64,000 nucleotides of DNA, from positions 1,189,837 to 1,253,836 of the forward strand of contig CAVVMW010000006.1 of assembly GCA_963749495.1 (NCBI GenBank), written 5' to 3'. Under the pieces are notes generated by a model. That model did no database searches, was not told where the DNA came from, and saw only the letters and a list, made by a program, of their open reading frames with translations. Position 1 is the first letter of the stretch, and every line of letters begins with the position of its first letter. This DNA is from an uncultured bacterium. Lineage in GTDB: Bacteria; Verrucomicrobiota; Verrucomicrobiia; Limisphaerales; UBA8199. This document shows, piece by piece, positions 1-10,166 of this stretch. Both the position numbers and the translations under genes were made by a program.

Positions 1-1113
1 CCGCGGTTTATCTGCACGACCCCTTTGCGCTGCAGGTGAAGGCCGCGGGCGTTGCGCCGCTCAGTTTCCAATGGTGGTTCGGGGCCGCCCCCGTGCCGGG
101 AGCCACCAACAGCGTGTGTGCGAAGGCCGCCGCCGAGTTCGCCGATGCCGGCAACTACGTGGTCGTCGTCACCGCCGGCAACGGCTTGAGCGTCACCAGC
201 GCGCCGGTGGCGCTGGCAGTCAATGCGCCCGCGCCGGCCCTGGGCCAGGGCCTGGTGCTTTACCTCAAGCTGGACGAGACCGTCGGCCAGACCGCCAACG
301 ATTCGTCGCCCAATGTGGCCAACGGCACGCTGGTCAACTTCCCCGAACCCGACAACCAACTGGGTTGCCGGCCTCTTTGGCAATGCGCTGCTCTTTGCCC
401 AGGGCGCTCCGGCCGCCGAGGCGGTCTCGGTGCCGGACCAGCCGTTCCTGGATTTTGACGGGGAGCCGTTCAGCCTTTCACTTTGGGCCAAGGGGCCGGC
501 GGCACAGTCCGAGAGCGGCGGCCTGGCCTGCAAGGGACTTGGCGGAGGCGACGAGGCCTTCTGCCTGGATATTTGGGGCGCGGCGTTCCGCTTCTTTGTG
601 CGAAATTCCGCGGGCCAAGTCCCCGCGGGCGGGTCGGTCGAGCCCGGCGTGCCCCCCAACGGCCAGTGGCAGCACCTCGCCGTGGCCTACGACCCGGCCC
701 AAGGCCAATCCAGGTTCTTCATCAACGGCGCCCTCGCCGGCACGGGCCTCACGGCGGACTCGGTCCTGAGCAACACCGACCCGCTGGACATCGGCGCGCG
801 CCAGTTCCAGGGCGGTTACACACTCCCCTGGACCGGGCTGCTGGACGACATCCGCCTCTACAACCGGGCGATCACCTCGATCGAGATCCGCGCTCTCACC
901 TACCAGGGCTACCCGCCCAGCCTCAGCCTCTCTTGGAGGGGCGGCCAGGTGACCCTGAACTGGGCCTTCGAGGCTGTGAGCTATGAATTGCAGACCAGCG
1001 CCAGCCTCGGCGGTACTTGGAGCACTGTGCCGGGGGTCGCCACCAACTCCGCCACCCTCCCTGCCGCCGGCGCCGCCTCGTTCTACCGGCTCCACAGGAA
1101 GGTATTGTACTGA
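1..1113 (+). CDS. Secreted Ig-like + LamG/concanavalin-A-like domain protein (5' partial; frameshift near 360)
   Basis: ORF 36..458 has Ig-like 'DAGNYVVVVT' then 'LVLYLKLDE..ANDSS'. ORF 223..1113 continues with LamG motifs 'WQHLAVAYD' and 'GLLDDIRLYNRAI' and ends '..ASFYRL'. Confidence 0.75.
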
Positions 1114-1120
1114 TTGCTGT

Positions 1121-2275
1121 TCAGATCGGCATGGGCCTGGCCGGGTGCAACGCAAGGAGAAACTCCTCACAGGGCAGACACAAGACCTCGTCGAGCTTGA
1201 GCCGATCCTTGCCGCGATAGAGGAGCGCGCGCCGGCTTTGGGGATAGTCCTCCCCAAACGCCCGGAGCCCGCGCACGTCTTCCGCGCGGACGCGGCCCGT
1301 GTTCTTCACCTCGATGGCGGCCAATGTGTTCGGGCCGTACACCACGAAGTCCACTTCCACGCCCGCACGCGTGCGCCAGAAATGCAGGCTGTCTCCTTCG
1401 TTGCGGTAGGCGATCCAGGCCCGAAGGTGCTGCGCCACCAGCCCCTCCAAAGCCGCGCCCTCGATTTCCTCCGGGCGGTCGAGCGGCCCGGCCGGACGCA
1501 ACGAGCGGAATACGCCGGCGTCGAAGAGATACAATTTGGGATGCGCGGACAGCTCGCGCCTGGCCCGGCGCGTGAATACGGGCACGCGGAAGGCCAACAA
1601 CAAATCCTCCAAGACCTCCAGGTAGCCCTCCACTGTCTTGCGCTCCACCTGGCACTCGCGGGCCACGTTGCTGACGTTGACCGCCTGACTGTGCGAGAAG
1701 CTCACCACCTCAAGGAAGCGCGCGAAGGCGCCGATGCTTCGCACCAGGCCCTCCATTTGCACCTCTTCCCGCAAGTAGAGCAACGCGTAGGCTCTGAGGA
1801 CATCGCCGGGCTGCGGCGCGGCCAACACCAGCGGCACCAGCCCGTAACGGAGCGCAGCCGGGAGTGAAAACCGCCGGCCCAGTTCCTGCGCCATCAGCGG
1901 GTGCAGCGTTCGCAACACCGCCCGCCCGGCCATCAGATCCGTCCCCGTCCGCTTCAACTTCCGGGCGCTCGAGCCGGTGAGAATGAACTGCACCCCGCGC
2001 CGGGATTCAATGAGGGTGTGGACCACCGACAACAGTTCCGGCACGCGCTGCACCTCATCGATCACCACCGACCGCGCCGTGGGCTCTGCGGCCAGCCGCT
2101 CCCGCAGCCGTTCCGGCCGGGCCGCGTACTCGCGCTGCACGTCCGGCTCCAGCAGGTCCAGCCGCAAGGCCTCCGGGTAGCGCGTTTGAGTGAACACGGA
2201 TTTGCCTGTGCCGCGCGGACCGAACAGGAAGTAGCTTTGCTCCGGCGGCACGAGAAATCGGTCAACCAGTTCCAT
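1121..2275 (-). CDS. AAA_14 ATPase with DUF4143 C-terminal domain
   Basis: Walker A GPRGTGKS, Walker B 'VVIDEVQRVP', 'LTGSSAR', 'PKLYLFDAG', 'EVDFV..AIEVK'. Confidence 0.9.
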   Translation of the reverse strand: MELVDRFLVPPEQSYFLFGPRGTGKSVFTQTRYPEALRLDLLEPDVQREYAARPERLRERLAAEPTARSVVIDEVQRVPELLSVVHTLIESRRGVQFILTGSSARKLKRTGTDLMAGRAVLRTLHPLMAQELGRRFSLPAALRYGLVPLVLAAPQPGDVLRAYALLYLREEVQMEGLVRSIGAFARFLEVVSFSHSQAVNVSNVARECQVERKTVEGYLEVLEDLLLAFRVPVFTRRARRELSAHPKLYLFDAGVFRSLRPAGPLDRPEEIEGAALEGLVAQHLRAWIAYRNEGDSLHFWRTRAGVEVDFVVYGPNTLAAIEVKNTGRVRAEDVRGLRAFGEDYPQSRRALLYRGKDRLKLDEVLCLPCEEFLLALHPARPMPI

Positions 2276-2350
2276 ATTGAGGCGCAAAATGGAGTTGAAT
2301 GCTCCATTTTGCAAGAAGACTCTGAAGCGGCGCCGGGGTCCGCGCTGGCC

Positions 2351-3771
2351 TCACTTGCCCCGCGCCGTGAGGAAGTCGCTTATCCGCGCGGCGGCGTTGC
2401 GGCCGTCTCGCACCGTGTGCAGGACCTCGGTCGGGCCCGGACCAGGTCGCCGCCAGCGAAGACCGCCGGGGCGCTGGTCATCTGGTTGGCATCCACGATC
2501 AACCCGCCCCACTCATTGAGCGCCAGGTCGCCGAAACCGCCCGCGCGCGGGCAGGGCGCCGAGTCGAAGCCCAGGGCCAAAACGACCCAGTCGGTCTCGA
2601 CCTCGAATTCCGAGCCTGGAACGGCGGTGAACTGGCGGCGGCCCGAGGCCTCGGGCGGGCCGGGTTCGGTGCGGACCAGGCGCAGGCCCGTCGCGCGGCC
2701 CGGCTCCCGGCCGAGCACCGCAACGGGCGCGGCCCGGAAGACAAACCGGGCGCCCTCCTCGACGGCGTTTTCGAATTCCTGGCGGCTGCAGGGCATGCCC
2801 GCCTGGTCGCGCCGATAGAGGCAGAGCGCCTCGCGCGCCCCGTAGCGGAGGGCGGCGCGCAGGCAGTCCATGGCGGAGTCGCCGGCGCCCAGCACCGCCA
2901 CGCGTTTGCCGGAGACCTCCATTGCGGGCAGGGCCAGTGGGACCGCCGTGGTCTTTTGCAGGAGGAAAGGCACGGCCTGGACCACGCCCGGCAGGCCGGC
3001 GCCGGGGACCTCCAGTGGCCTGGCCTGGCGGGAGTCCAACCCCAGATACACGGCGTCGAACCCGGCGCGCAACTGCCCGAGCGTCGAGGCCGGCCCCGGG
3101 CTTGACGCCCAGGCGGAAGACCACCCCGCATTTGCGGAGCAGCTCGATGCGGCGCTCGACGATCGAGTGCTCGAGCCGGAAGGCGGGCACTCCGTTGACC
3201 AGCAACGCGCCCGGCAGCAGCGCCGAATCAAAGACGGTTACCGCATAGCCGCGCCGCGCCAATTCGTCGGCGCAGGCCAGGCCGCCGGGCCCGAGCCCAC
3301 CACCGCCACGCGCAACCCGTTGGGCGGCGCAGTGCTGGTCTCCGCCTGTCCATGGGCCAGGGCGTAGTCGCACAGGAATTGTTCGAGGGCGCGGATCGAG
3401 ACCGGCTCGGAGACGCCGTTGAGCAGGCAACTGCCTTCGCACATCCGCTCCTGCGGGCAGAGCCTGGAGCAGATCTCCGCCAGGTTCGTCGCCGAGCCCA
3501 GGACCGCCGCCGCCTCCAAAAACCGGCCCTCCGCCGTCAGCAGCAGCCACTGCGGTATCGGGTTGCACAGCGGACAGCCGCTCACGCAACCCGGGTCCGG
3601 GCATTGCAGGCAACGGCTGGCCTGCTCCTGCGCCTGGGCCTCATCGTAGAGCCCGTAGATCTCCAGGAAATCCGCTACCCGCTCCGACGCCGACCGCTTG
3701 GGCAAGTCCCGGCGGGCCAGCTCCCGCCACGCGTTTTTCGATTTCAAACTGTCGGTGCCGCTCGTGCTCAT
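2351..3771 (-). CDS. gltD: Glutamate synthase small-subunit-like NAD(P)-dependent Fe-S flavoprotein (about 3 frameshifts)
   Basis: 'ASRCLQCPDPGCVSGCP', 'CSRLCPQERMCEGSC', 'GSGP.GL.CA', 'VAVLGAGDSAMDC' and 'VFAGGDLV' are spread over three frames. Stop TGA at 2351-2353 after frame correction. Confidence 0.8.
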
Positions 3772-3870
3772 GCCTGGGAAGGGGTCTGCTCGGTTTTCTT
3801 AATCTGTCGCGCCCAATGCCATTTCGGGCAATGGTCTTTTATCATGAGGATTAGCCCGGGTGCAAACCAA

Positions 3871-4098
3871 TTAACCTTTGATCAGCCGTGCCTGGCGGCT
3901 CGTCAGATAACCCCACATCACGTCGATGCCGCTGACCTGCGTGCGAACTCCCATTTCATCGAGGGAATCCATCATCCGGTACTCGAGCAACCGTTTTCCA
4001 AGCTCGACGATCTGAATATAGACGTGCCTCAACTGCCAGACTTGTCCCCCGGCCAATCCAGGGGAAGGCTCCTTCGCATGAACTCTACTGCTCACCAT
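3871..4098 (-). CDS. Small hypothetical protein
   Basis: About 75-aa ORF with balanced composition upstream of the gltD-like gene; no recognised motif. Confidence 0.5.
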   Translation of the reverse strand: MVSSRVHAKEPSPGLAGGQVWQLRHVYIQIVELGKRLLEYRMMDSLDEMGVRTQVSGIDVMWGYLTSRQARLIKG

Positions 4099-4154
4099 AA
4101 CAGTATATCTTAGACGCCGCACCCCGCCACGCGTTCATTTTGAAAGCGGCGTCC

Positions 4155-4270
4155 GTAGCGCAGACTTCCAAGTCTGCTGTATCGCGGGTTTCCAACCCGC
4201 ACGCGCAGCGATTTCCTGCGCCCTGCCGACTGGAAGTCGGCGATACAGCAGGTTTGGAAACCTGCGCTAC
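4155..4270. repeat. REP-like palindrome family A
   Basis: GTAGCGCAGACTTCCAAGTCTGCTGTATCGC...GCGATACAGCAGGTTTGGAAACCTGCGCTAC, an imperfect inverted repeat. Related copy at 48308-48409. Confidence 0.8.
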
Positions 4271-4391
4271 GAACTCGTGCGCCCTGCCAAACGGGGGCAA
4301 TGTCGGGATGCGGCCGTTTGTCCCTTTCGGGCACGCGATTTTTTTTGCCTCTCCCTCTCCGGGCGGGATACAGTGGGTGGACCGATCATTG

Positions 4392-4925
4392 ATGAAGAAT
4401 ATCGTCTATTTCGATATCGAGACCCAGCGGTCCGCCGATGAGGTGGGCGGGTGGGACAAGATCAGCCGGATGGGGATGAGCATCGGGGTCACCTACAGCA
4501 CGGGGCGTGGCGAGTACCGGATTTACGGGGAGAAACAGGTCAACGATCTGATCCAGGAGTTGCAGCGGGCAAACCTGGTGGTGGGGTTCAACAACCTGCG
4601 GTTTGATTACGAGGTGCTGCACGGCTACACGCCGTTGGACCTGCGCCAACTCCCGACGCTGGACCTGATGGTCGAGCTGCACAACAAATTGCAGCACCGG
4701 CTCTCGCTGGATTCCATCGCCATGGCGACCTTCGGGCTGGAGAAGACCGCGCAAGGGATGCAGGCCATCCTGTGGTTCCGCGAGGGCAAACTGCTCGATA
4801 TAGCCGAATACTGCTGTTACGACGTGAAGCTCACGCGCCTGGTCCATGAGTACGGCGTCGAGCACCGAAAGGTCCATTACCACAATCGCTTCGGCAAAAA
4901 ACTCACCGTGCCCGTGAGCTGGTGA
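4392..4925 (+). CDS. RNase H-like (RNase_H_2 / DnaQ-like exonuclease) domain protein
   Basis: 'VYFDIETQ', 'VVGFNNLRFD', 'YCCYDV' are DEDD-type motifs. Confidence 0.85.
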   Translation: MKNIVYFDIETQRSADEVGGWDKISRMGMSIGVTYSTGRGEYRIYGEKQVNDLIQELQRANLVVGFNNLRFDYEVLHGYTPLDLRQLPTLDLMVELHNKLQHRLSLDSIAMATFGLEKTAQGMQAILWFREGKLLDIAEYCCYDVKLTRLVHEYGVEHRKVHYHNRFGKKLTVPVSW

Positions 4926-4993
4926 CTCAAGATTGATTTGACCAGGCCCGCCCGAGTATGGGATTTTGCCCCCAGGATTTCCCGTTCGCGATT

Positions 4994-5380
4994 ATGGATC
5001 CAATCAGAGACTACGAAGACGTGCTCGAGGGGATCGAGACTGCGGTGGTAGGGCTCTGGCGCACCCACCGCGAAATGAGCAATTACGCCGTCATGCGGGC
5101 CTACGAGGCAGCCATCGCCCACTACAACGCCGTTGCCCGCCAGCAAGCCCCCAAACCGGCCAATCTCACGGGCTTGGATGCCTCGATTTTCGAGGCGGTC
5201 AGGGACTTCTGTGATTGGCGGCTGGGGATCGTGAAGTACGCGGACCGCCCGGAGCCCGAGCCGATGCAGGCCGAAGACCTGGTGGCGTGCCTGCGGCGGG
5301 TCCGCAAATCAGTGGACTTCTGGACCGAGCACGGCGGGCGGCAGGGCTATATGCAGCACATTCAGAAGTACCTGCAATGA
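4994..5380 (+). CDS. Hypothetical protein
   Basis: Natural-looking ORF whose stop overlaps the next start (ATGA at 5377-5380). Confidence 0.7.
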   Translation: MDPIRDYEDVLEGIETAVVGLWRTHREMSNYAVMRAYEAAIAHYNAVARQQAPKPANLTGLDASIFEAVRDFCDWRLGIVKYADRPEPEPMQAEDLVACLRRVRKSVDFWTEHGGRQGYMQHIQKYLQ

Positions 5381-7505
5381 AGACCTATCTTTTCTTTGGT
5401 TACATGGCCCTGCTGTGGTCGAGCCTGGCCGCGGTGCCGGTCCTGGCCGCCGAGCTATACGTGGCGCCAAACGGCAATGACCGCGCCCCCGGCACTCGGG
5501 CGCAGCCCTTGGCGAGTCTGGAGCGCGCCCGCAACGAGGTCCGCCGGTTGAGGCAGGCCCAGGCCGGGCAGGGCGTGACGGTGTGGCTGCGCGGCGGGGA
5601 CTATTTGCGCACGAACGCGTTCGAGTTGGGCGCGGCGGATTCCGGCGCGCCTGGGGCGCCCGTGGTCTGGCGGGGCTGTCCGGGGGAGCGGGCGCGGCTG
5701 CTGGGCGGCCGGACGCTCACCGGCTTCGAGAAGGTGAGCGACCCGGCGGTCCTGGCGCGGCTGAGCGAGGCCGCGCGCGGACAGGTGGTCCAGGCAGACT
5801 TGCGGCGGCTCGGCATCAGCGATTTCGGCGAGATGAAGTCGCGCGGGTTTGGCCGGCCGCAGAGCCCGCGCATTGCGAGTTGTTCTTCGGCGGCCGGCCC
5901 ATGACCCTGTCGCGCTGGCCAAACGAGGGCGCCTTCGAGCAGATCGCCGGTTTTCCCGAGACGGGCGGCCAGAACGACGGCCACGGGGGCAGCATCGGCG
6001 CCCTGGAGGGCGGCTTCTTCTACCGGGGCGACCGGCCACGCGCCTGGAAAGAGACCGGCGATGTATGGGTACACGGCTATTGGGCGTGGGACTGGGCCAA
6101 CTCCTATGAACGTGTCGCGGCGCTCGACGTGGAAAGGCGCTTCGTCCGGACTGCGCCACCTTACGGGCACTATGGGTTCCGCAAAGGACAACGATTTTAT
6201 TTTCTCAATGTGCTCGAGGAACTCGATGAGCCCGGCGAGTGGTTTCTGGACCGCAAGGCCGGCCTGCTTTACTTTTGGCCCCCGGCCGCAGTCCCGGGAA
6301 CGGCTAGCCCGGCCGCTCCAGAGGTCATCCTTTCCCTGTTGAGCCAGCCGCTGGTGAGGCTGACGGACGCGTCGCAGGTCACGCTTCGCGGCTTGACCCT
6401 CGAGGCGGGGCGCGGCAACGGCGTCGAGATTCGCGGCGGGAGCAGCAACCTCATCGCCGGCTGCCTTCTCCGGAACCTGGGCGACAGCGGCGTGGTCATC
6501 GAGGGCGGCACGGGCCACGGCGTGAGGAGCTGCGACATCTTCGACACGGGCAACGGCGGGGTCTCGCTTAACGGCGGGGACCGCCGGACGCTCTCTCCCG
6601 GCGGGCATTACGTCGAGAACTGCCATTTCGCGCGCCAGGGCCGGTGGTCCAAGTGCTATGTGCCGGCGGTCCTCATGGAGGGAGTGGGGTTGCGTGCCTC
6701 GCACAATCTCATCCACGACCATCCGCATTGCGCCATCCTCTTCGGCGGCAACGACCATCTGATCGAGGCCAACGAGATCCACCACATCGCCCTCGAGACT
6801 GGGGACGTCGGTGCTATCTACACCGGGCGGGATTACACCTTCCGCGGCAACCGCATCCGCCACAATTTCATCCACCATACCGGCGGGGTCGGGATGGGCT
6901 CGATGGGCGTGTACATGGACGATTGCGTGAGCGGCGCCGAGATCTGCGGCAATGTCTTTTACCGGGTGCAGCGCGCGGTCTTTCTGGGCGGCGGGCGCGA
7001 CCACCAGGTGCTCAACAATGTCTTTGTCGAGTGCAACCCCGCCGTGGCCCTGGATGGACGCGGCCTGGACCCATCGCCGGTCTGGCACGAGATGGTGGAC
7101 CAGACCATGCGCCGGAGCCTGGGGGCCGCGCCGCTGGACCTCTACCGCGCCCGCTATCCGGCCCTCAAGGGCCTCGATGCCTGGTACGGCCCGCCCGCCG
7201 GGCCCGCCATCGAGGGCCGGGCCTTCCGTGGCGTGCCGCCCGAGGGCAACATCGTGGCCCGCAATATCTGCGTGGGCAAGTGGTTGGACGTGGGTTGGCG
7301 CGCCCAGCCCGAGATGCTGCGCGTGGAGAATAACCTGACCAACGCGGACCCGGGCTTCGCCGCCGCCCCGGCCGAACCGGCACGCCCCGCCGACTTCGAC
7401 CTCAAACCCGACTCCTCCGCCTGGAAGCTCGGCTTCGAGAAAATCCCGCTCGCAGACATCGGCTTGCGGCAGGACGAATTGCGCGCCGCGCTGCCGAGGG
7501 ACTAG
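5377..7505 (+). CDS. Secreted right-handed parallel beta-helix protein (GH141-like/pectin-lyase fold); frameshift near 5865
   Basis: Signal peptide, 'LYVAPNGND..PGT..QPLASLERAR', 'VWLRGGDY', 'ARWPN'-like motif and repeated 'N.IH' beta-helix turns. Confidence 0.8.
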
Positions 7506-7515
7506 AAGCCGGAGT

Positions 7516-8130
7516 TCACAACTCTCGCAGGAAATCCTCCAGGGACGGCGTCGTGCTGGCGCAACGCAAGGCGCGTTGCAGGCTCGCCTCGTCCGCCAGC
7601 GCCTCAATCCTAGCTTCAACCGTGCGCGGCAAAGCGCCGAACCGCGCTCTCAGCACGTCCAAAACAGCCAACCGCCGCCCTTGCAGCCGCCCCTCCTGCC
7701 GCCCCTCCTGCCGCCCCTCCTGCCGCCCCTCCTGCCGCCCCTCCTGCCGCCCTTGTTGCAGCCCCAATTCCAGCCCCTCTTCCCGCCCCAGTCGTTCGAT
7801 ACTTGTCACGTATGGCATAGCTTTCTCCTGTTCATATTGCAGCAAATCTCTCCGAAATTCAACCTCCAACTCGCGCGGCAGCGCCATCATCCAGTCAATC
7901 AACCGGAACAACTCCACAATCTCCCCCCTCTTCAGGCCCCGCTCATACAATCCCCGCACCAGCCCCCACTTTGCCCCTCGGCAACCGGCCATGTCCGAGC
8001 GGGTCTCCTGCGCCCTCAGCGACGCCAACACCACCACAGCCATCGGATTCTCACTCCGTTCCAGCCCCGCCCGGTCCAACTCCAGCAGCTTGCACACCCG
8101 ATACTGGAACTGCAGCCGGCAGCCCCGAGC
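7516..8130 (-). pseudogene. C-terminal fragment of an Rpn/DUF4351-like protein with (QEGR)n repeat
   Basis: 'SENPMAVVVLA', 'LFRLIDWMMALP', 'MPYVTSIERLGREEG' and a 12-bp tandem repeat at about 7680-7750. The N-terminal half is absent. Confidence 0.7.
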
Positions 8131-8312
8131 TCCTCTGGAAAGCGGATTTCCAGGCAGCATCAAACGTGGCGACCGGCGGCATGGGCAGAGTTCACACCTT
8201 GGCGGCGGTCTTCGCAAGCAAGAAGGGGCGAGAGTCGGCTCACAGTATGCCTCCGGCCTCTTTCCGGGACGCGGGCCATCAACTCTCTGTCCACATCCTT
8301 TGAATACTCGGT

Positions 8313-9026
8313 TCAGGGGAACCGTCGGTCGTATTCCCGTGAGACCCGAACGAGGAGTGCGCCGTACTCTTTGGCTGTCCGGTCGTAGTCCAGCCACGCA
8401 AATGGGAAGGGGTCGACGTTCGTGGCCCGGAAACGAAGGATCTGGAATTCATCGAAGGCCGGGGCAGCCCTGGAAACCAGCCGTGTTTCGGCCTCGGCTG
8501 CCTCTTGTGAGGGATGCTTATGCTTTTTCCCGTCAGTTGGCCATTCGCGGCTGCCCTCATACGAGGTGTAGTTTTGTGAGGAGTTTACGCCAACGATGCC
8601 CACGCAGATTGGATTGCCACCGGTTTTCCTGAACTCGTCAACCTGGCGGCGCAGATCGCCAATGACCCGATCAATTTGCTTGATCATCGCCTTGGCGAGG
8701 ATCTTGGTTTCCACGCCAATCTCAATGTTGGCAACCTCGCCTCGCGCAACCAGCAGACCTGACTCCGTTACGGCCACCGCAGCCGGTATCAGCTCTCCCA
8801 AGGTGCCGTCTCCCCTGCGGCTTGGCCGGCCCACCGCCTTGTTGGCCAGGTTGACGACCCGCTCGTGGGCCGCGACCCTGGCCACCAGTTTCGCGGACCT
8901 GCCGAGGCCGACCAGATCCTCGTAGAGTTGGTTGGCGACCAAGTCGCCCAGGCTGGAATCCCGGTGCTTGTATTGTCTGCCTTCGAACAGGCTGCAAAAG
9001 GTGTCGAGCAGGGCGAATCTGTCCAT
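8313..9026 (-). CDS. Putative type II restriction endonuclease (PD-(D/E)xK-like)
   Basis: Lies 6 nt downstream of a DNA methyltransferase in the same orientation, with candidate catalytic motif 'GDGTLG...IGVETK'. Confidence 0.6.
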   Translation of the reverse strand: MDRFALLDTFCSLFEGRQYKHRDSSLGDLVANQLYEDLVGLGRSAKLVARVAAHERVVNLANKAVGRPSRRGDGTLGELIPAAVAVTESGLLVARGEVANIEIGVETKILAKAMIKQIDRVIGDLRRQVDEFRKTGGNPICVGIVGVNSSQNYTSYEGSREWPTDGKKHKHPSQEAAEAETRLVSRAAPAFDEFQILRFRATNVDPFPFAWLDYDRTAKEYGALLVRVSREYDRRFP

Positions 9027-9032
9027 GGGTTC

Positions 9033-10100
9033 TCAATTGAATTGAAGCCTGGTTCGGACGGCTCCAACTGGCAGTGGGAGGAAGGCGGCCTCACGCAGGC
9101 GTTGCTGGGCCATGGCCACGTACTTCTCCTCAATATCCACGCTCACACTGTTGCGTCCGCACGCCATCGCAGCCAGGGCCGTTGTTCCCGTGCCGGCGAA
9201 TGGATCGAGCACGGTGTCGCCGGCGAACGAAAACAGCTTGATCAATCGTTCGGCAAGCGCGACCGGGAACGGAGCGGGATGACCTTTGCGTGTCGATTCG
9301 CCTTTGATGTCCAGCCAACACGACCTCAGCCACCGGTGCATCTCCTCCTTGTTGAGCATCGAGAGCACCCTCTGGAGGGTCGACGGTGACCGGTACTCGC
9401 CTCCCTTGCGAAGGAACAAAATGTACTCCACGTCATTCTTGATAATCGCGCCGGGTTGATAGGGTTTGCCGTAGAATCCCGCGCCGTTGCCTTCCACTTC
9501 GGTGACGCCATTGGCGATTTTCTGCCAGAGGATCGGTGTTAAGCAGTCAAGCCCGAGCCTTCGACAGCGCGTCTGGATGTCCGCGTGCAGGGGCAGAATG
9601 TAGTGCCGTCCTCCTCGTTTCCTGGGGATGCACACATCACCGACCACACAACAAATCCGGCCGCCGGGCGCCAGCACACGGATGCACTCCGTCCAGACCC
9701 GATCCAATTCGGAGAGGAAGACCTCGTAGTCGGCAATCGCCCCCAATTGGGCGTGGTGCGGTTCGTAAACCTTGAGGGTCCAATAGGGCGGCGAGGTCAC
9801 GACCAGGTGCACGCTCCGCTCCGGCAGCCAGGACAAATCGCGGGCATCTCCGCAACGCATCCGATGGTTGGTTTCGCCGAACGGGCTGGGCCACGGCAGT
9901 TGCCTCAGGATGGCGTTGGCGCGCAGCATTTTTTCGACAGCCCCCTCCGAGTTGTCTGATGGCGGCAACTCGGCCAAGGCCTTGCTGACGGCATCGAATG
10001 TTTCCCGGAGCCGCATCTCGCCGCTGGAGGAGGGATAACGGGTCTGTGCGGCGTCACACCTCTCTCCCCTTGACTGCCTTTCTGCCCCGAGGGGTTTCAT
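9033..10100 (-). CDS. Site-specific amino-DNA methyltransferase (N4-C/N6-A, beta class)
   Basis: 'VVTSPPY' (motif IV) precedes 'HPAPFP' and 'VLDPFAGTGTT' (motif I). Confidence 0.93.
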   Translation of the reverse strand: MKPLGAERQSRGERCDAAQTRYPSSSGEMRLRETFDAVSKALAELPPSDNSEGAVEKMLRANAILRQLPWPSPFGETNHRMRCGDARDLSWLPERSVHLVVTSPPYWTLKVYEPHHAQLGAIADYEVFLSELDRVWTECIRVLAPGGRICCVVGDVCIPRKRGGRHYILPLHADIQTRCRRLGLDCLTPILWQKIANGVTEVEGNGAGFYGKPYQPGAIIKNDVEYILFLRKGGEYRSPSTLQRVLSMLNKEEMHRWLRSCWLDIKGESTRKGHPAPFPVALAERLIKLFSFAGDTVLDPFAGTGTTALAAMACGRNSVSVDIEEKYVAMAQQRLREAAFLPLPVGAVRTRLQFN

Positions 10101-10166
10101 AGCGCATCAGTTCAACCGCTTCACCGGAGCATTCTTATGCCGGGCGAAGCGATAGGCAAATGCTTT

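Noticed and set aside
7680..7750. 12-bp tandem repeat as a novel element
   Set aside because: It encodes the (QEGR)n tract typical of Rpn/DUF4351-like proteins.
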